Of a DNA stretch of 64,000 bases, positions 39,301-51,050 are shown one piece after another. The DNA lies in assembly GCA_030704615.1 (NCBI GenBank), contig CM060732.1, positions 68,386,001 through 68,450,000 on the forward strand, given 5' to 3'. Position 1 is the stretch's first letter, and every line of letters starts with the position of its first letter. This DNA comes from Takakia lepidozioides (lineage: Eukaryota; Plantae; Bryophyta). Below the pieces are notes generated by a model. That model was not told the origin of the DNA. It did not search any database and was given only the letters and a program-made list of their open reading frames with translations. Made by a program: the position numbers and the translations under genes.

Positions 39301-41380
39301 TTTCTCCAATTGCATGGTCGGCTGCATGGCCCGAGAATAGTGTTTTGCAATCTCGGGGATGAAGTCCTTTCCAAGTGCCGGATCTGCAATTGCCACCAGC
39401 TTCACAAGCTTTGACTTGTATTTGGTTCTGGACTTGACACCGGCTTCCTTCAAGTGCTCAGTCAATGACTGCAACGTTTTGACCTGCCCCTCACTTTCCA
39501 TGAAGAAGCGTTTGGCATGGGCCAAATCCAGCTTGATGTTTGACTGCCAACAAAAACATGCAGAAGCGTTACATTCGATTCATGTGGAAACATTACTGAA
39601 AATTGGGGAAGGATGAGCAGAGGGAAATTGGAGGACGACTTACTTCGTATATCACCTCCACCATTCCATCCATAGTGAGACGATACCATGTCCGGTCTGT
39701 TTTTGCAACGGCTTTCTGAATGAGCTCGGGCTCCAGCATTTCCGCAAACATCTGCGGATCAGTGAGACCAGTTTTCCTCACCCTGTACAGCATATGTGCC
39801 ATGTGGGTATGCACGTACGCATTTTCAGTGACCCTGCAAGGCACACTCTCCAGTTCAGTACACGGAAGCACGGAAACAAACCAGAATGGAAACCGAAATG
39901 CGGCACCGCATTTCGAACGTGCTAGGGAGGGTATGAGTATCTTACGAGTTGAGGTCCGCCATGGCATTCTTGAGCAGGGAGGAGTCTGCCGCCTTCACCT
40001 TCAGGATGACACACTCCACCATGTAATGCCAGCCAATGTGCTTGGCATGGTTCTGCTTGATGTACTCCCACCAGGCGAGAAGTCGGTGATTCCCGTCCCA
40101 CACAAAGAACATTTTACCCGACATATGGCCGAAGTCGGGATCACCCTTCAGCGTCGCCTCGAATTCGTGGTTGCGAGTGTGCCAGTGGGTATCCCACGTT
40201 GACAATTCATCGGCAGTGGGTCCACGAGTTTCGCCGTCCTCATTCTCAATGGAAACGTAAAACGCTGCCGATCCCAGACGGTACCCTTCTCGAAATGCGA
40301 ACTTGAGCTTATCCACATCTCCGGGAAGGGCCTGCCTGACGATGGGAAGGGAGACCATGCGACAGAGTGGGATTCGAAGAGTCCGCTGGAATACCCTGCT
40401 GCCCAGAACTCTGCCAATGCTACTGTGTGTCTCCTCCAACATTTTATCCGCTGCACTTTTGAAATCCTCCGGAGACATGTCTGTAGGTGCCGGTAGTGGC
40501 TGAGCAGCTGGAGCATCCTCAACTGGAGCTGCACTCTGGGGCCTGTGTGCGGGCAATTCTGCCATTGCAGAGGCCTCCTCCGGGCCTGCTTGCTCATCGG
40601 TGGTGAGGTCTTGCTGCGAAGTTGAGCGGCAGCACCCTCCTCCGGTACCAAATCGAGATCAACGGTCGATCCCATTGCCTTCGCTGCAGCAGAGTCGGCC
40701 CCAACATCTGCAGGCGGGAAATCCTCCAGGAACTGAGCTTCAGCTCGTGGAAGCGGTTTTGCGGGAGATTGTTCGCCCGTCGCCCTGATTGCCTTCTGCT
40801 TCCTCATCCTTGCAGGTGAAGGTGTCTGCTGCAATTGAATCTGTCTTCTACCCTGCTGCTTCATTCGCGTTGGGGGGGTGAATCGGCCTGAGCCGGTTCA
40901 GAAGCCAGTAGAGGGACGGGCTGCTTCTTCTTCGACTTTGCTGGAGAAGGGCCCGACCCCTGCTGGCGATTCTCCATGACCGAAGAACGCGAGTCGATCT
41001 CTGGGACTTTGAACTTGCCCTTCGAAGACGCGTCTTTGAATCGCAGAGGGCTAGGCCCGGCAGGAATACCCGCGCTCGGGGATCGGGTGGGTGTACGTGC
41101 TGCAGCTAGCTCCTCGGACTCTTCCTGCGGCTCTTCGGATTCCTGCGATCCCTCCAGCACGTCCACCTTTCCTGTTAGGCATGCAAACATGTTCTGCATT
41201 CAAGTCTCCTAGCATTCAGTCTAAGAATTACAGAAGCAAAATGGGGGGTTCGGTGCTCGATCAGCTGCGCGCAGCCCGATCGCATGGAGCTCTCACTGGT
41301 GGCTGGGTTGCCTGAGTGGCCTGCTGCTCGGAGATGGCAATCTCCTCCTGTAGACGCATCTGCTTCCTCCCCTTCGGCAT
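36315..41380 (-). CDS. Multi-exon ParB/Srx-like domain + beta-class N6A/N4C DNA methyltransferase gene (several frameshifts in this copy)
   Basis: FFVWDGNHRLLAW (ParB-N-like, ~40070-40110). MIILDIPDG (~37740-37763; DPPY-position motif IV) precedes RSPAFIQTIMETCTDVEGTVLDLICGT^GASMWAGRFSDRHLFAYE (motif I, spliced across the ~37012-37132 intron). GT-AG introns link the intervening exons; termini are low-complexity. One transcript is inferred, not shown. Confidence 0.75.
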
Positions 41381-41817
41381 TGGCCTACGTCCGAAGTATA
41401 ATTTCCGGAGCTTGCGACGAGGTCTCCTGGCTGGTGCACGAACTCCCCCCCTCTCAGGTTCGAGCATAAGAAGAACAGAGAGAGGGAAAAGGGCCAAAGA
41501 GTGCAGATGGAAAGAGCGCGAGAGGGGTGACTGAGGAGACACGACAAAAGTAGATGAAACGGCGGTGATGCACCACTTGGGTTCGAAAGGGTTGGACGAA
41601 AGTGTCTCCTCGGGAGTTTGCGTCATTACGAAATTCGAATCGTTGAGGGTACGCCTGCCGTCCGAAAAACAAACATCATTATCGAACGGTCAGGCCGCGC
41701 CGCCTCATGCCCCTTCAGTCAGATAGAGTGCCGACATGTGCAGCAATTCCGTTGCTCCACGTGTTCACATTTCAAGGTATTTCCGTCCCAGCGTCTGATC
41801 AGTTGGAGCGAAAATGC

Positions 41818-43465
41818 GAATGCGGCGCCGCATTTCCGTTAAGTACCATCACTCTGCTACACATCCGTACTTGTTGGAAGAAAATGCGGCACCGCATTTC
41901 CGTTCCACCTTCACATACCTTAGTTGTTGAACGGAAATACGGTGCCGCATTTCCGTCCCACAGCTCCAAGTATGAGATTCAAAGGGAAATGCGGCGCCGC
42001 ATTTCCGTTCTGGAATGTCGAAAGGTGCGATTGGGACGGGAATGAGGCACAACATTTCAGTTCCCGTGGTTCATGATTTTCAATGTGAACGGAAATGCGG
42101 TACCGCATTTCCGTTCCCACTTCACATCCGTTAGATGATGAATGGAAATGCCGTGCCACATTTCCGTTCGGGAAAGTATAGAGGTCTCACCTGGACAGAA
42201 ATGCGGTGCCGCATTTCCGGTCCGGAAAGTTTGAAGGTCTCACATGGATGGAAATGCGGTACACATTTTCGTAGCACAGCTCCAGGCCCAATATACAAAA
42301 CGGAAATGCGGCGCCGCATTTCCGTTCTAGAATGTCGGAAGGTGCGACTCGAACGGAAATGCGGTGCCGGATTTCTGTTCCCGTTGCGCACGATTTTCAG
42401 TCAGAATGGAAATGCGGTACCGCATTTCCGTTCTGTAGAGTATTAACGTCTGACGCTGGCGGAAATGCGTGCCGCATTTTCGTTCCACAGCTCCATGCCT
42501 CACATACAAAACGGAAATGCGGCGCCGCATTTCCGTTTTGGAATGTCGGAAGGTGCGACTCCGACGGAAATGCGGTACCGCATTTCAGTTCCGAGGTTTC
42601 AGGATATTTCATCAGAACGGAAATGCGGTGCCGCATTTCCCTTTTGAATCTAATACATTCCGTTCTGGAATGTTGGGAGGTGCGACTCGGATGGAAATGC
42701 GTTGCCGCATTTCAGTTCCGACGGTTCACGATTTTCAGTCAGAACGGAAATGCGGTACCGCATTTCCGTTCTGGAATGTTGGTAGGTGCGACTCGGATGG
42801 AAATACGGTGCCGCATTTTAGTTCAGATGGTTCACGATTTTCAGTCAGAACGGAAATGCGTGCCGCATTTCCGTTCTGGATAGTATGAATGTCTCAAGCG
42901 GTCGGAATTGCGCTGTATGAAGCTGTCGGAATCGCACTCGGCTCCATGCATCAGATACAAAATGGAAATGCGGCGCCGCATTTCCGTTCTGGAATGTCGA
43001 AAAGTGCGACTCGGACGGAAATGCGGTGCCGCATTTCTGTTCCCGTTGTTCGTAAATCTCAATCAGAACGGAAATGCGGTACCGCATTTCCGTTCTGGAG
43101 AGTATGAATGTATTTTAAGGACGGAAATGTGCTGCAGCATTTCTATCCCTCAGCTCCATGCATCAGATACAAAATGGAAATGCGGCGCCGCATTTCCGTT
43201 CTGAAATGTCGGAAAAGTGCGACTCGGACGGAAATGCGGTGCCGCATTTCTGTTCCCGTTGTTCATAAATCTCAATCAGAACGGAAATGCGGTACCGCAT
43301 TTCCGTTCCACCTTCACATACCGTGCTTGCTGGATGGAAATGCGTTACCGCATTTCCGTTCTGGAGAGTATAAAGGTTTCCCCCGGACGGAAACTCGGTG
43401 CCGCATTTCCGTCGCTCTGGTGCATGACCAAGATGCAATACGGAAATGCGGCGCCGTATTTCCGT
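41818..43465. repeat. Palindrome array 2 (~30 copies, 52-54-bp period, ~211-bp higher-order unit) in the divergent promoter region
   Basis: ATGCGG cores at 41884, 41937, 41989, 42042, 42095, 42148, 42201, 42254, 42306, 42359, 42412, 42465, 42517, 42570, 42623, 42697, 42750, 42803, 42856, 42968, 43021, 43074, 43127, 43180, 43234, 43287, 43340, 43393 and 43446 (some degenerate). Confidence 0.97.
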
Positions 43466-43892
43466 CCACCAGCAATCGAAAGAATCACTCGGGACGGGAA
43501 ATCTGGAACCTGAATGGGTTGCATTGTTCCGAAACAACACAATTGCGGCCAGTCTTGATGAGCACAACTTGGTTGTCTGACCGTTTTAACCAGCAGTCCT
43601 GGCACTTGTCAGTGCGAACGTTCCTGTCTGCACCGAGAATACTGCTGGATCCACCCTCAGGAGAAACTGTCAGGAGATGTTATTTCGTCGCCGAATCGGC
43701 CATCATTGTCATACTCACTGGCTATGGAATCAAACCTCCCACCTTCATGCATGTAGCTTGAAACAATACTTTCCACTTCAATGTGCGACTTCCAATCGTC
43801 GATGGACTCCGCAGATCCACTTAGATGGTGCCTGTGAGCCTTGGTCTGTCGCTATACTGAACCTCGCACTTGCCAACTCCGTGCGGTGTTCG

Positions 43893-46800
43893 ATGGCTCC
43901 GAATTCCTACGCTATAGTTTGCTGTCCTCCGCAACTTGGGAGAGCCTGGATCCCAAACGAGGGAGGACTTTGCAGAGTGACTGAAACTTACCTTTGTTCC
44001 AAATTCAAGCTCAAACCGGGCACAGTTTATTTGGAAGAAGAAAGGAAGGATGTTCCTGGACAGGTTGACGAGACCATTGTCGTGCTAGGTAACGACGGAG
44101 GTTGCGGAATCGAATGGCACGTTCCCCCGTCAGACACCATCCTGTACCGAGCTGTGGGAATGCCCATTCCCTTTCCGAATCAGTCGCTGCCCACACCATC
44201 CACAAAGGAGTCCGGAAACCGAGAGGCGGCCACTGCCAACAGAGAGGTATGCAACGATAATCATTCCCGACCTGGACCGTCAAGACCCTCCATAGCTTCT
44301 CGTGTGGACGTATTCGACATTTCCGACGAGGAAGATGATTGCATTGAGGTACCCATGTCCTCCACACGGTCGTTCAAATCCGGCATGGACGTCTCTGTAG
44401 GTGCTACGCATGTGCCCTCGAGCATAACTCCAACCCGGTCCATTGTGCAGCTCCTACGACAACATCACCTCGATGGTTCTCGCTCCGAGCTGGCTGCTCT
44501 CGACTATGCCAAATTCCCAGTCAGAAAGGTAACGTTTCTGCCTCCCGAAGTCGATGGCAATGTCATCTTCGAGTTTCCACCTGTTTCTTCGTCAAAGAAA
44601 GCCTCCGGGATGTTAACAGACATGGATCGAAAGCATGACGGACACCCCTGGTGTGTGACGAAGACCAGTAGCACGAAAATTGCTGATGGTGTTCGTGTAC
44701 GATATGTCCTCTGTGCGGGGAAGCTGAGGTGCCTCAATCCCACCTGCTTCCACTTTCTCTCCAAAGGAGGGCGGAGAAACGAGACGGATTGGACTGGCAC
44801 AACGCATCATCCATTCATTGTCTCCAGCCAAGCTCCTGCGGGTTCTTTCAAGTGTGCACATTGCAAAGAACCACCGACGTGCATGTCCATGTGCAGAGCC
44901 AAGCAATATTACGTTATCCATTTGCTCCCGGACTTGACTAGAGCTTGCATACACGTTGGGGTCCACTGCCACCCCTTGGCGAGAGGCAACATGCGTGAGG
45001 CTGTGCAGGAAGCACACGACATCATAAAAGAGGAGGTGAAATTGAGCCCCGGAGCCAGACCAAAGCAGATTCAGCTGAAGGCAGCCCACAAGATTGCTCT
45101 TGGCAAAATCATGTCTGAAGATGGTTCCGACCGAGAGCCCTTGACCGAAGACGAGATGCGTGACCTCTTGGAGTCCGTCTCGCACGTTTGTAGTCCGAAT
45201 GTGCGGAATCACATCGTATCTTGCAAGCAGGAGTTCGGCAGGGGGTCGGACATGTACTCAATCCTGGAGGTGAAACGAATGACTGGATATGACTACATCC
45301 AAGGTAGCAGGTTTCCAGGGCAAGGCAGCGAATCCGATCGTTGTTACATTTTCAAAATGTCGACGTGTGGGCCTGGGAGTGGAGTCGACTTGGTCACTCG
45401 CATGACAACTGGAAACTTGTCGAATGCTTGGGTGATGTTTGATCACATCAAGCGAATTACAAACCATCAGTGGGTGACTATGGGTGCGCATGTTTATGAC
45501 TATCACTCCAAGAGGCTCATGACGATTGCAATCTGCGAGATGAAAGGGACACACAGTCCGAGATGCATCTGTGGGAGGGCATAAACGAGCAGATGGCAAG
45601 GGCGGGATTGCCAGAGCCCAATTTCAGGGGATTCATGGCAGACAACGCTCAGGCCAACTGGGCAGCGGTGCGGCGTGTGTACGGTGAGGACCCCAATGTT
45701 CCAATGGAGGGGAAAGAGAGATCCTGTGGATTCCATTGGATGCAGAGTCTATCCCACTACACTACCAAATTTGTTGCTAGCTCATTCCAGGCTGAACACC
45801 GTGTCCTTTGTACGGCGTGGAAGGATGCACCCACATTTGATGACGCGGAGGTTAAGTTTGCTATCATCGAGGCTTGGTGGAACACGTCAGGTGCAGTGGA
45901 GACAACCAATCTGGGAGCATTGCACAGCTGGTTGGGGTGGTGGCATTTTCGGTATCGACAGTTCGGACAGTACATGCGGGAGGTAGGCTGCTGTCAATTT
46001 CGTTCATTTGTCTTTCTGTTACGGACATTTCGATTGGTCCCTCACCATTGTTTGTGTCCTTCTAGGAGCGGTGCTTGGATTCCGACACGGACATGCCGAA
46101 CACGAATATGGCAGAATCGGTCCACTCCTCCTGGCGAGCGTCTTCTGCCGCACATCTGGTGGACGTAGTGACGGCCACAACGGAGGACATCGACAGAGCA
46201 ATCATGCAGCAAGCCACGTACTACAAGTTCCTGAGCGGCAAACAATGGGGCTTTGGGCCGGACAGGGAGGAATTGTTGGTACGAACAGCTTCGAGGTCCA
46301 AGAATCCAGTGAAATGGGCGACAGCATTGCGAGAGAAGATCAAAGGGACGCCTCTGCACCGCAGAGGTGAACACCTAGAGGGGGACGTCCGGACTCGCCC
46401 TGTCAGGCGGAGGATTGAAGAGGAACCCGGGTGCGAAGAGGATTCCTGGAGATCCGACAGGAACATTCGGACAGCACCTCGAGGTCCCGTCATGTTGCCG
46501 CACAATGTGTCTTCCAGCAGTGGAAGCCCAAGAAATTCCAGATCGCCGTCGCCTTCAACCGGGGATTTCGTGCAACAAATTCCCACCGCTCCCTTGCCCC
46601 ACATTCCGCCCGCTGTTATGCAGTATGGCCAAGCCATTGTGGAGACGACTGTGTCTGCATCACAGTGGAGAATTGCTCGCACAAAGCCGTCGTTTCGAGG
46701 AAGGTGTTCCGCAATTCGTGTGGATACACGGCAACGTTGTTTAGAGATGATAAGGAGGAATCCAGATGGGGCTGTCCCTGCTCCTACTTTTACAGGAAGA

Positions 46801-47496
46801 TTTGTCCATGCAAAGTTTGCGGAGGCGACAACCACCCAGTTCTGGTTCTGCAGGCACGACATTATGACTTGCGTGTATGGAAAGCCCAAGTACGGCATAC
46901 AAACAATGCCAGAGGCTCCCCCGGTGTGGCCGGTGGAACCAGGCTGCGATCTGAGTCAGGTTGAGGCCGACGCCCTTACCGCCGCAGGATTTCGGATGGT
47001 GCAGCGCACTGACGTCCCCAGAGAACCATTTCCGCTTCCACAGCCTCCACCACCGACCCCTGTGAGAGCAAGAACAATGGGACACGACAGCTCTAAGCAT
47101 CCTACACACCGTTGGGGGAAACCGAAGAGGCGGCGACCTCCCTCAAAAGTGAACGAGACAAGGATGGGGAATGCACTTCGGATGAACTGTACAATCCAGA
47201 GCTCGACAGAAGTGCCCCCACCAGGATTCGGGCGTGTGTATCAAATGGCCACGGCGGGCTCAGCTGTTCGCAATGAGGTGTACACCATCACCATTTCAGA
47301 ATTACCCACCTGCAATTGCACCGACTTCCAGATCATGGCGAACAAGGGGGCATCATACTGCCCTTGCAAGCATTTGTACTACGTGTACCTAAAGAGACTC
47401 CGTTGTAATTCCACAACTCATCACTTCATACATGCACCAGGGTTGAGCCCCCAGGAGGTTCACACTCTTCTGAATATGGATCCAGGGGACCAGTGA
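43893..47496 (+). CDS. MULE-family transposase: GCM/WRKY-like Zn domain, DDE core, C-terminal SWIM finger
   Basis: DGHPW..CAGKLRCLNPTC..CAHC..C.AK..HVGVHCHP; WVMFDHIKR (D1), FMADNA (D2), CGFH (CxxH), TNMAESVH (E); CNCTDF..CKH SWIM. Intron 45983-46065; one frameshift at ~45548 in a G run. Confidence 0.9.
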
Positions 47497-48274
47497 GCTT
47501 GGCTTGCGGTCCACATACAATGGTACGCCCATCCTTTTCGGATAGTAGAACTGTACTGCTGCCAGTACCTCAGACTCTGGCCACACAAAGGTCCGACATA
47601 TGTCTTGCCTACCAGTAACCTGTTTTGCTCGAACTAAGATATTACTATATCGTTCACTTGTTTCCACGTGCATGTATTTTTGTATGTTGGAGGGTTCATG
47701 TTTTTCTGCTTTCTGAAAACTTGCTTTCCTCATTCGACCTCCGACAAGGAAATGCGGCGCCGCATTTCCAAGTATCGTCGTAGGTACCCCCAGAGGCGGC
47801 CTTCGCCAACACCAAACCGCTCCGAAATTTCGCACGTGCGAACCCTAATGCGGCACCCTATTTCCCAGTTCAGTTGCAAACCTTTCCCGCCGAATACCCG
47901 AAGAAGACAGAATTGTGAAGTACTGCAGACTGTATTGGTGCAGACTCCATTGGTTCAATCGCGGCAAAAGGGTCAGCTTCATTCCAATGTTAAGGCATGT
48001 AAAACCGCGGAATACTCTATACAGGCCAGTATGCGACGTCCTTTTGCAGTGGTATACTGGATTTCCCGTTGCACGGTCACTTATTTCCATGAGCGGATCT
48101 AAAACACCATGAGCGGACTTGTTACTGACGACATATCTTCGCCGCATTACATGATCTGGAACGTCCAAAAACGGCAAGGTCAAATAAAAAACTATTATTT
48201 TAATACTTGTTTAATCTGCCGCATTTCCAAATTTGGAGGAGTCCGCTCATGAAATCCGCGTATCTTAGACTTCG

Positions 48275-48347
48275 GCTCACCGCTCATGCGGCTCATGCGG
48301 CTCATGGCTCATGGCTCATGGTTTCTGCTCATGAAATAGTAAACCTC
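48275..48347. repeat. Right TIR with tandem GCTCATG 7-mers
   Basis: GCTCATGCGGCTCATGCGGCTCATGGCTCATGGCTCATGG..GCTCATGAAATAGTAAACCTC. Confidence 0.9.
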
Positions 48348-48356
48348 TTTGCTGGG

Positions 48357-49105
48357 GGCGCAGGATTTGGAGCGGTTTGGCCCTATTCACTTGATAGTGA
48401 CAGGTTGGCCCTGCCAAGGGCATTCATCAGCCGGGCATGGCAATGGGATACAAGACTCAAGGTCACGCCTGTTTTGGGAGATGTTGAGGGTCCTGCGCTA
48501 TTTACAGCTTCAGCAAACAGACTCTCCGGCATATATCTTGGAGAATGTGCCATTGATGGGTGATTCTCGGGCCAAGGTGATGACCAGTGTGCATCAAGTG
48601 CGATCTTGGCTTGGGTCAGCAGTATTGCTAGATGCAGCTGCAGTAGGGTCACGGGCTCATCGCCCACGACTATGGTGGACCAACTTGATGCCACCTGCAA
48701 TGCTCAAGCGTGCATTTGATGGGGTGCAGCGGCCACCAAACCTCACGGTTGATAGCATTTTGGACATAGGGAGGCAGTCTCAGTGTGTGAGACACAATGA
48801 CCGATCACCTTTGGCAGTGGTCAATAAGGTGGGTCACCCACAAGCAACATTGCCTACACTGCTCAGCTTTCCAGGATCTCATGTTTTCCGGGATGGTGGA
48901 CCTGGCCTCTTGTGGGATAGCCAGTTGCAGCAATTAGTGGAGCCCAATGTTGACGAGCGCAAGCGGGCGATGGGTTTTACCACTGGTACCACGGCGGTGC
49001 CATCTCTTTCTGAGGCATCACGTTGTCAGGTGTTGGGGCAAGCCATGGATCTCAATTGTTTGACAAGGATTATCAGCTTGGCTATGGCTGAGCAGCGCAG
49101 AGTAC
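48357..49105 (+). CDS. C5 cytosine methyltransferase (DNMT3-like), C-terminal part, motifs IV-X
   Basis: GWPCQG (catalytic PC), SRLFWE, YILENV, RAHRPRLWWTN, ERKRAMGF and VLGQAM; no stop codons. Confidence 0.92.
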
Positions 49106-49109
49106 GGAG

Positions 49110-51050
49110 TACACTTCCCTTGATAGAGAATCCTCATGTATATCTTTGGCGCCACCTTGCTCATTGTTGGCCTCAGGGTCCTCAGACACTTGATCTACAG
49201 TCATCCCTGTTGCAGGTCCAACTTGGCCTTCCGCTGCCAAGATACACAGAAATGCAGATGCATGTCATCCGGGCACCATCTCCTTGTCCGTCTCACCATG
49301 CCACCAAGCTCCAGTGTCATCCTGCTGGCTCGTGCATGGATTACGACTTAACCCATCCGCATCCCGATTGACTAGACCGGGTCGATGAACCACCTAAAAG
49401 TCATATTCCTGGAGTATGAGTGCCCATCATGCAAGCTTTCTTATAAGCTTGTCTGACTCCATCAACCACTTGAGTGGCTGGTGATCCGTGACAAGGGTGA
49501 AGAGATTGCCATATAGATAGCACCTGAAGTGTGTCACGGCCCACACTGCAGCTAAGCACTCTCCCTCATATGAGCTATACTTAGCCTCTGCAGCGTTGTT
49601 CGAGCGGCTAATATAAGCCACTACGAACTCTCTTCCCTCATCATCCACCTGTCTGAGCACCGCTCCAAGCCCCAGCATACTCCAATTTGTATGCAGCTGA
49701 AAAGGACGCCCCCTGATAGGTCGTCTCAAGATGGGCGCTGAGGTCAACCTCGCCTTGAGCTCTTGGAAAGCTCGTTCTTGCTCATCTTCCCACTGCCACT
49801 CCTGGTCCACCTTGGTCAGCTTGGTTAGAGCCTTTGCAATGGCACTAAATCCCTTGACAAACCGTCTATAATAGTTTGCCAACCCCATGAAAGCTCGAAC
49901 TCGGCTCACATCCGTGGGGCGTGGAATCTGTGCAATGGCCTCTACCTTAGTCTACTGTACCCCCAATCCTCTAGGATATATCATGTGACCCAGATACTCA
50001 ATCTGGTTGTGGAAAAACTTGCACTTCCCCGGATGTAACTTCAATCCGTGCGCCCTCAAGCGCTCAAATACCACCTGAAGGTGTCTCTCATGCTCCTCCA
50101 CCATAGCACTAAAGATGATGATGTCATCTATGTAGCACCGAGCAAACTCCACCCCTGCTAGAATCCTGTCCATGACTCTCTGAAACTCTGCAGGAGCGTT
50201 CTTAAGCCCAAATGGTAAGAATCGCCACTGGTATAGGCAATCCTTCCCGTGCTCATTGATCCCCCAGAATGCCGTCTTCTGCTTATCCGCCTCCTTGATC
50301 GGCAACTGGTGATATCCGGATCGTAAATCCAAAGTGCTAAAGACCTTGGCATGCCCAATGGCATCAAAGATCTCCTCTGGTGTTGGCATGGCATACCTAT
50401 CGGACTTGGTCTGACGATTTACAGGCCGGTAATCACCGCACATACGTCTCTCCGTCCAATTGCCATAGACATCCTTCTTGGCTGGCATCATTGTGGCTGA
50501 AGCATACTTTCCACCAGATAGCTCCACCAAACCAACCTCCCAGAGGTCCTGAGTCCTCATCTGAATCAAGGACCTCTCCATGTCACTGTATCTATAGGGT
50601 CTCTGAAAGATTGGCGTGTCAGCGGCCAATTCAATGCGAATCTCTTGACCCTTCAGTACTCCCAAGTCCTTCAAACAAAAGGCAAAGCAGTTCCTGTAAG
50701 CCCTCAAGAACCGCCGTATATGTCGTCTCTCTCCTCCGGTGACTATGGGTCCAATATCAGGCTCCCAGTTGTCCTCTGTGACTGCAACCTTGAGTCCAGC
50801 AGGCTTAGAGGTAGAAGACGCGTCCCATGGTTGCTATGCTGCAACCTCTTGAGCAGTGACCACTGCCTACTCTATCAGTGACAATGTCTCATCCTGCCCC
50901 ATCATCCCATCCTTAAGGACCTCCTCAACCCAAGAAAAATCCCCAACCTCATCCATCAACGCCGCATTGGCTGCCAACTCCCTCTGAACCTCGAGCACCT
51001 CCCACGTGTGCCATGGATGTGGCCTGCGCCTCGTGGTCCTCACCTGTTCG
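49110..51050 (-). pseudogene. RT-RNase H segment of the DNMT-gypsy element, inverted
   Basis: RMCGDYR, FSTLDLRSGYHQ, LPFGLKNAP, YIDD, FMGLANYYRRFV, YSSYEGECLA and TDHQPL lie on the minus strand while the flanking DNMT and INT lie on the plus strand. Confidence 0.92.

Larger units (their letters stand above)
32927..48347 (+). mobile_element. 15.4-kb Mutator-like (MULE) DNA transposon with cargo genes
   Basis: 9-bp TSD TTTGCTGGG (32918-32926 and 48348-48356). Imperfect TIRs GGGGGCTGCTATTTCATGAGC and GCTCATGAAATAGTAAACCTC. The right terminus is confirmed by a second copy at 61200. Excision restores the DNMT frame. Confidence 0.92.

Noticed and set aside
41818-43465. CRISPR array (palindromic ~22-bp repeats with ~31-bp spacers)
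   Set aside because: The spacers recur as a few related types in a higher-order unit, there are no cas genes, and the context is a eukaryotic transposon.
35247-43761. Many short ORFs with MRRRIS/KCGAAF/NAAPHF repeats
   Set aside because: These are translations of the palindrome in all six frames, not genes.
32915-48358. 14-bp TSD CTCTTTGCTGGGGG
   Set aside because: Copy 2 shows that the element end includes ..AAACCTC, and TIR symmetry places the left end at 32927. That leaves a 9-bp TSD; the longer match is chance similarity to the termini.
36315-49105. Bacterial contamination or a restriction-modification/partition locus
   Set aside because: Spliceosomal introns, TE boundaries with TSDs and contiguity with plant genes indicate genuine eukaryotic TE cargo; no restriction enzyme or ParA was seen.
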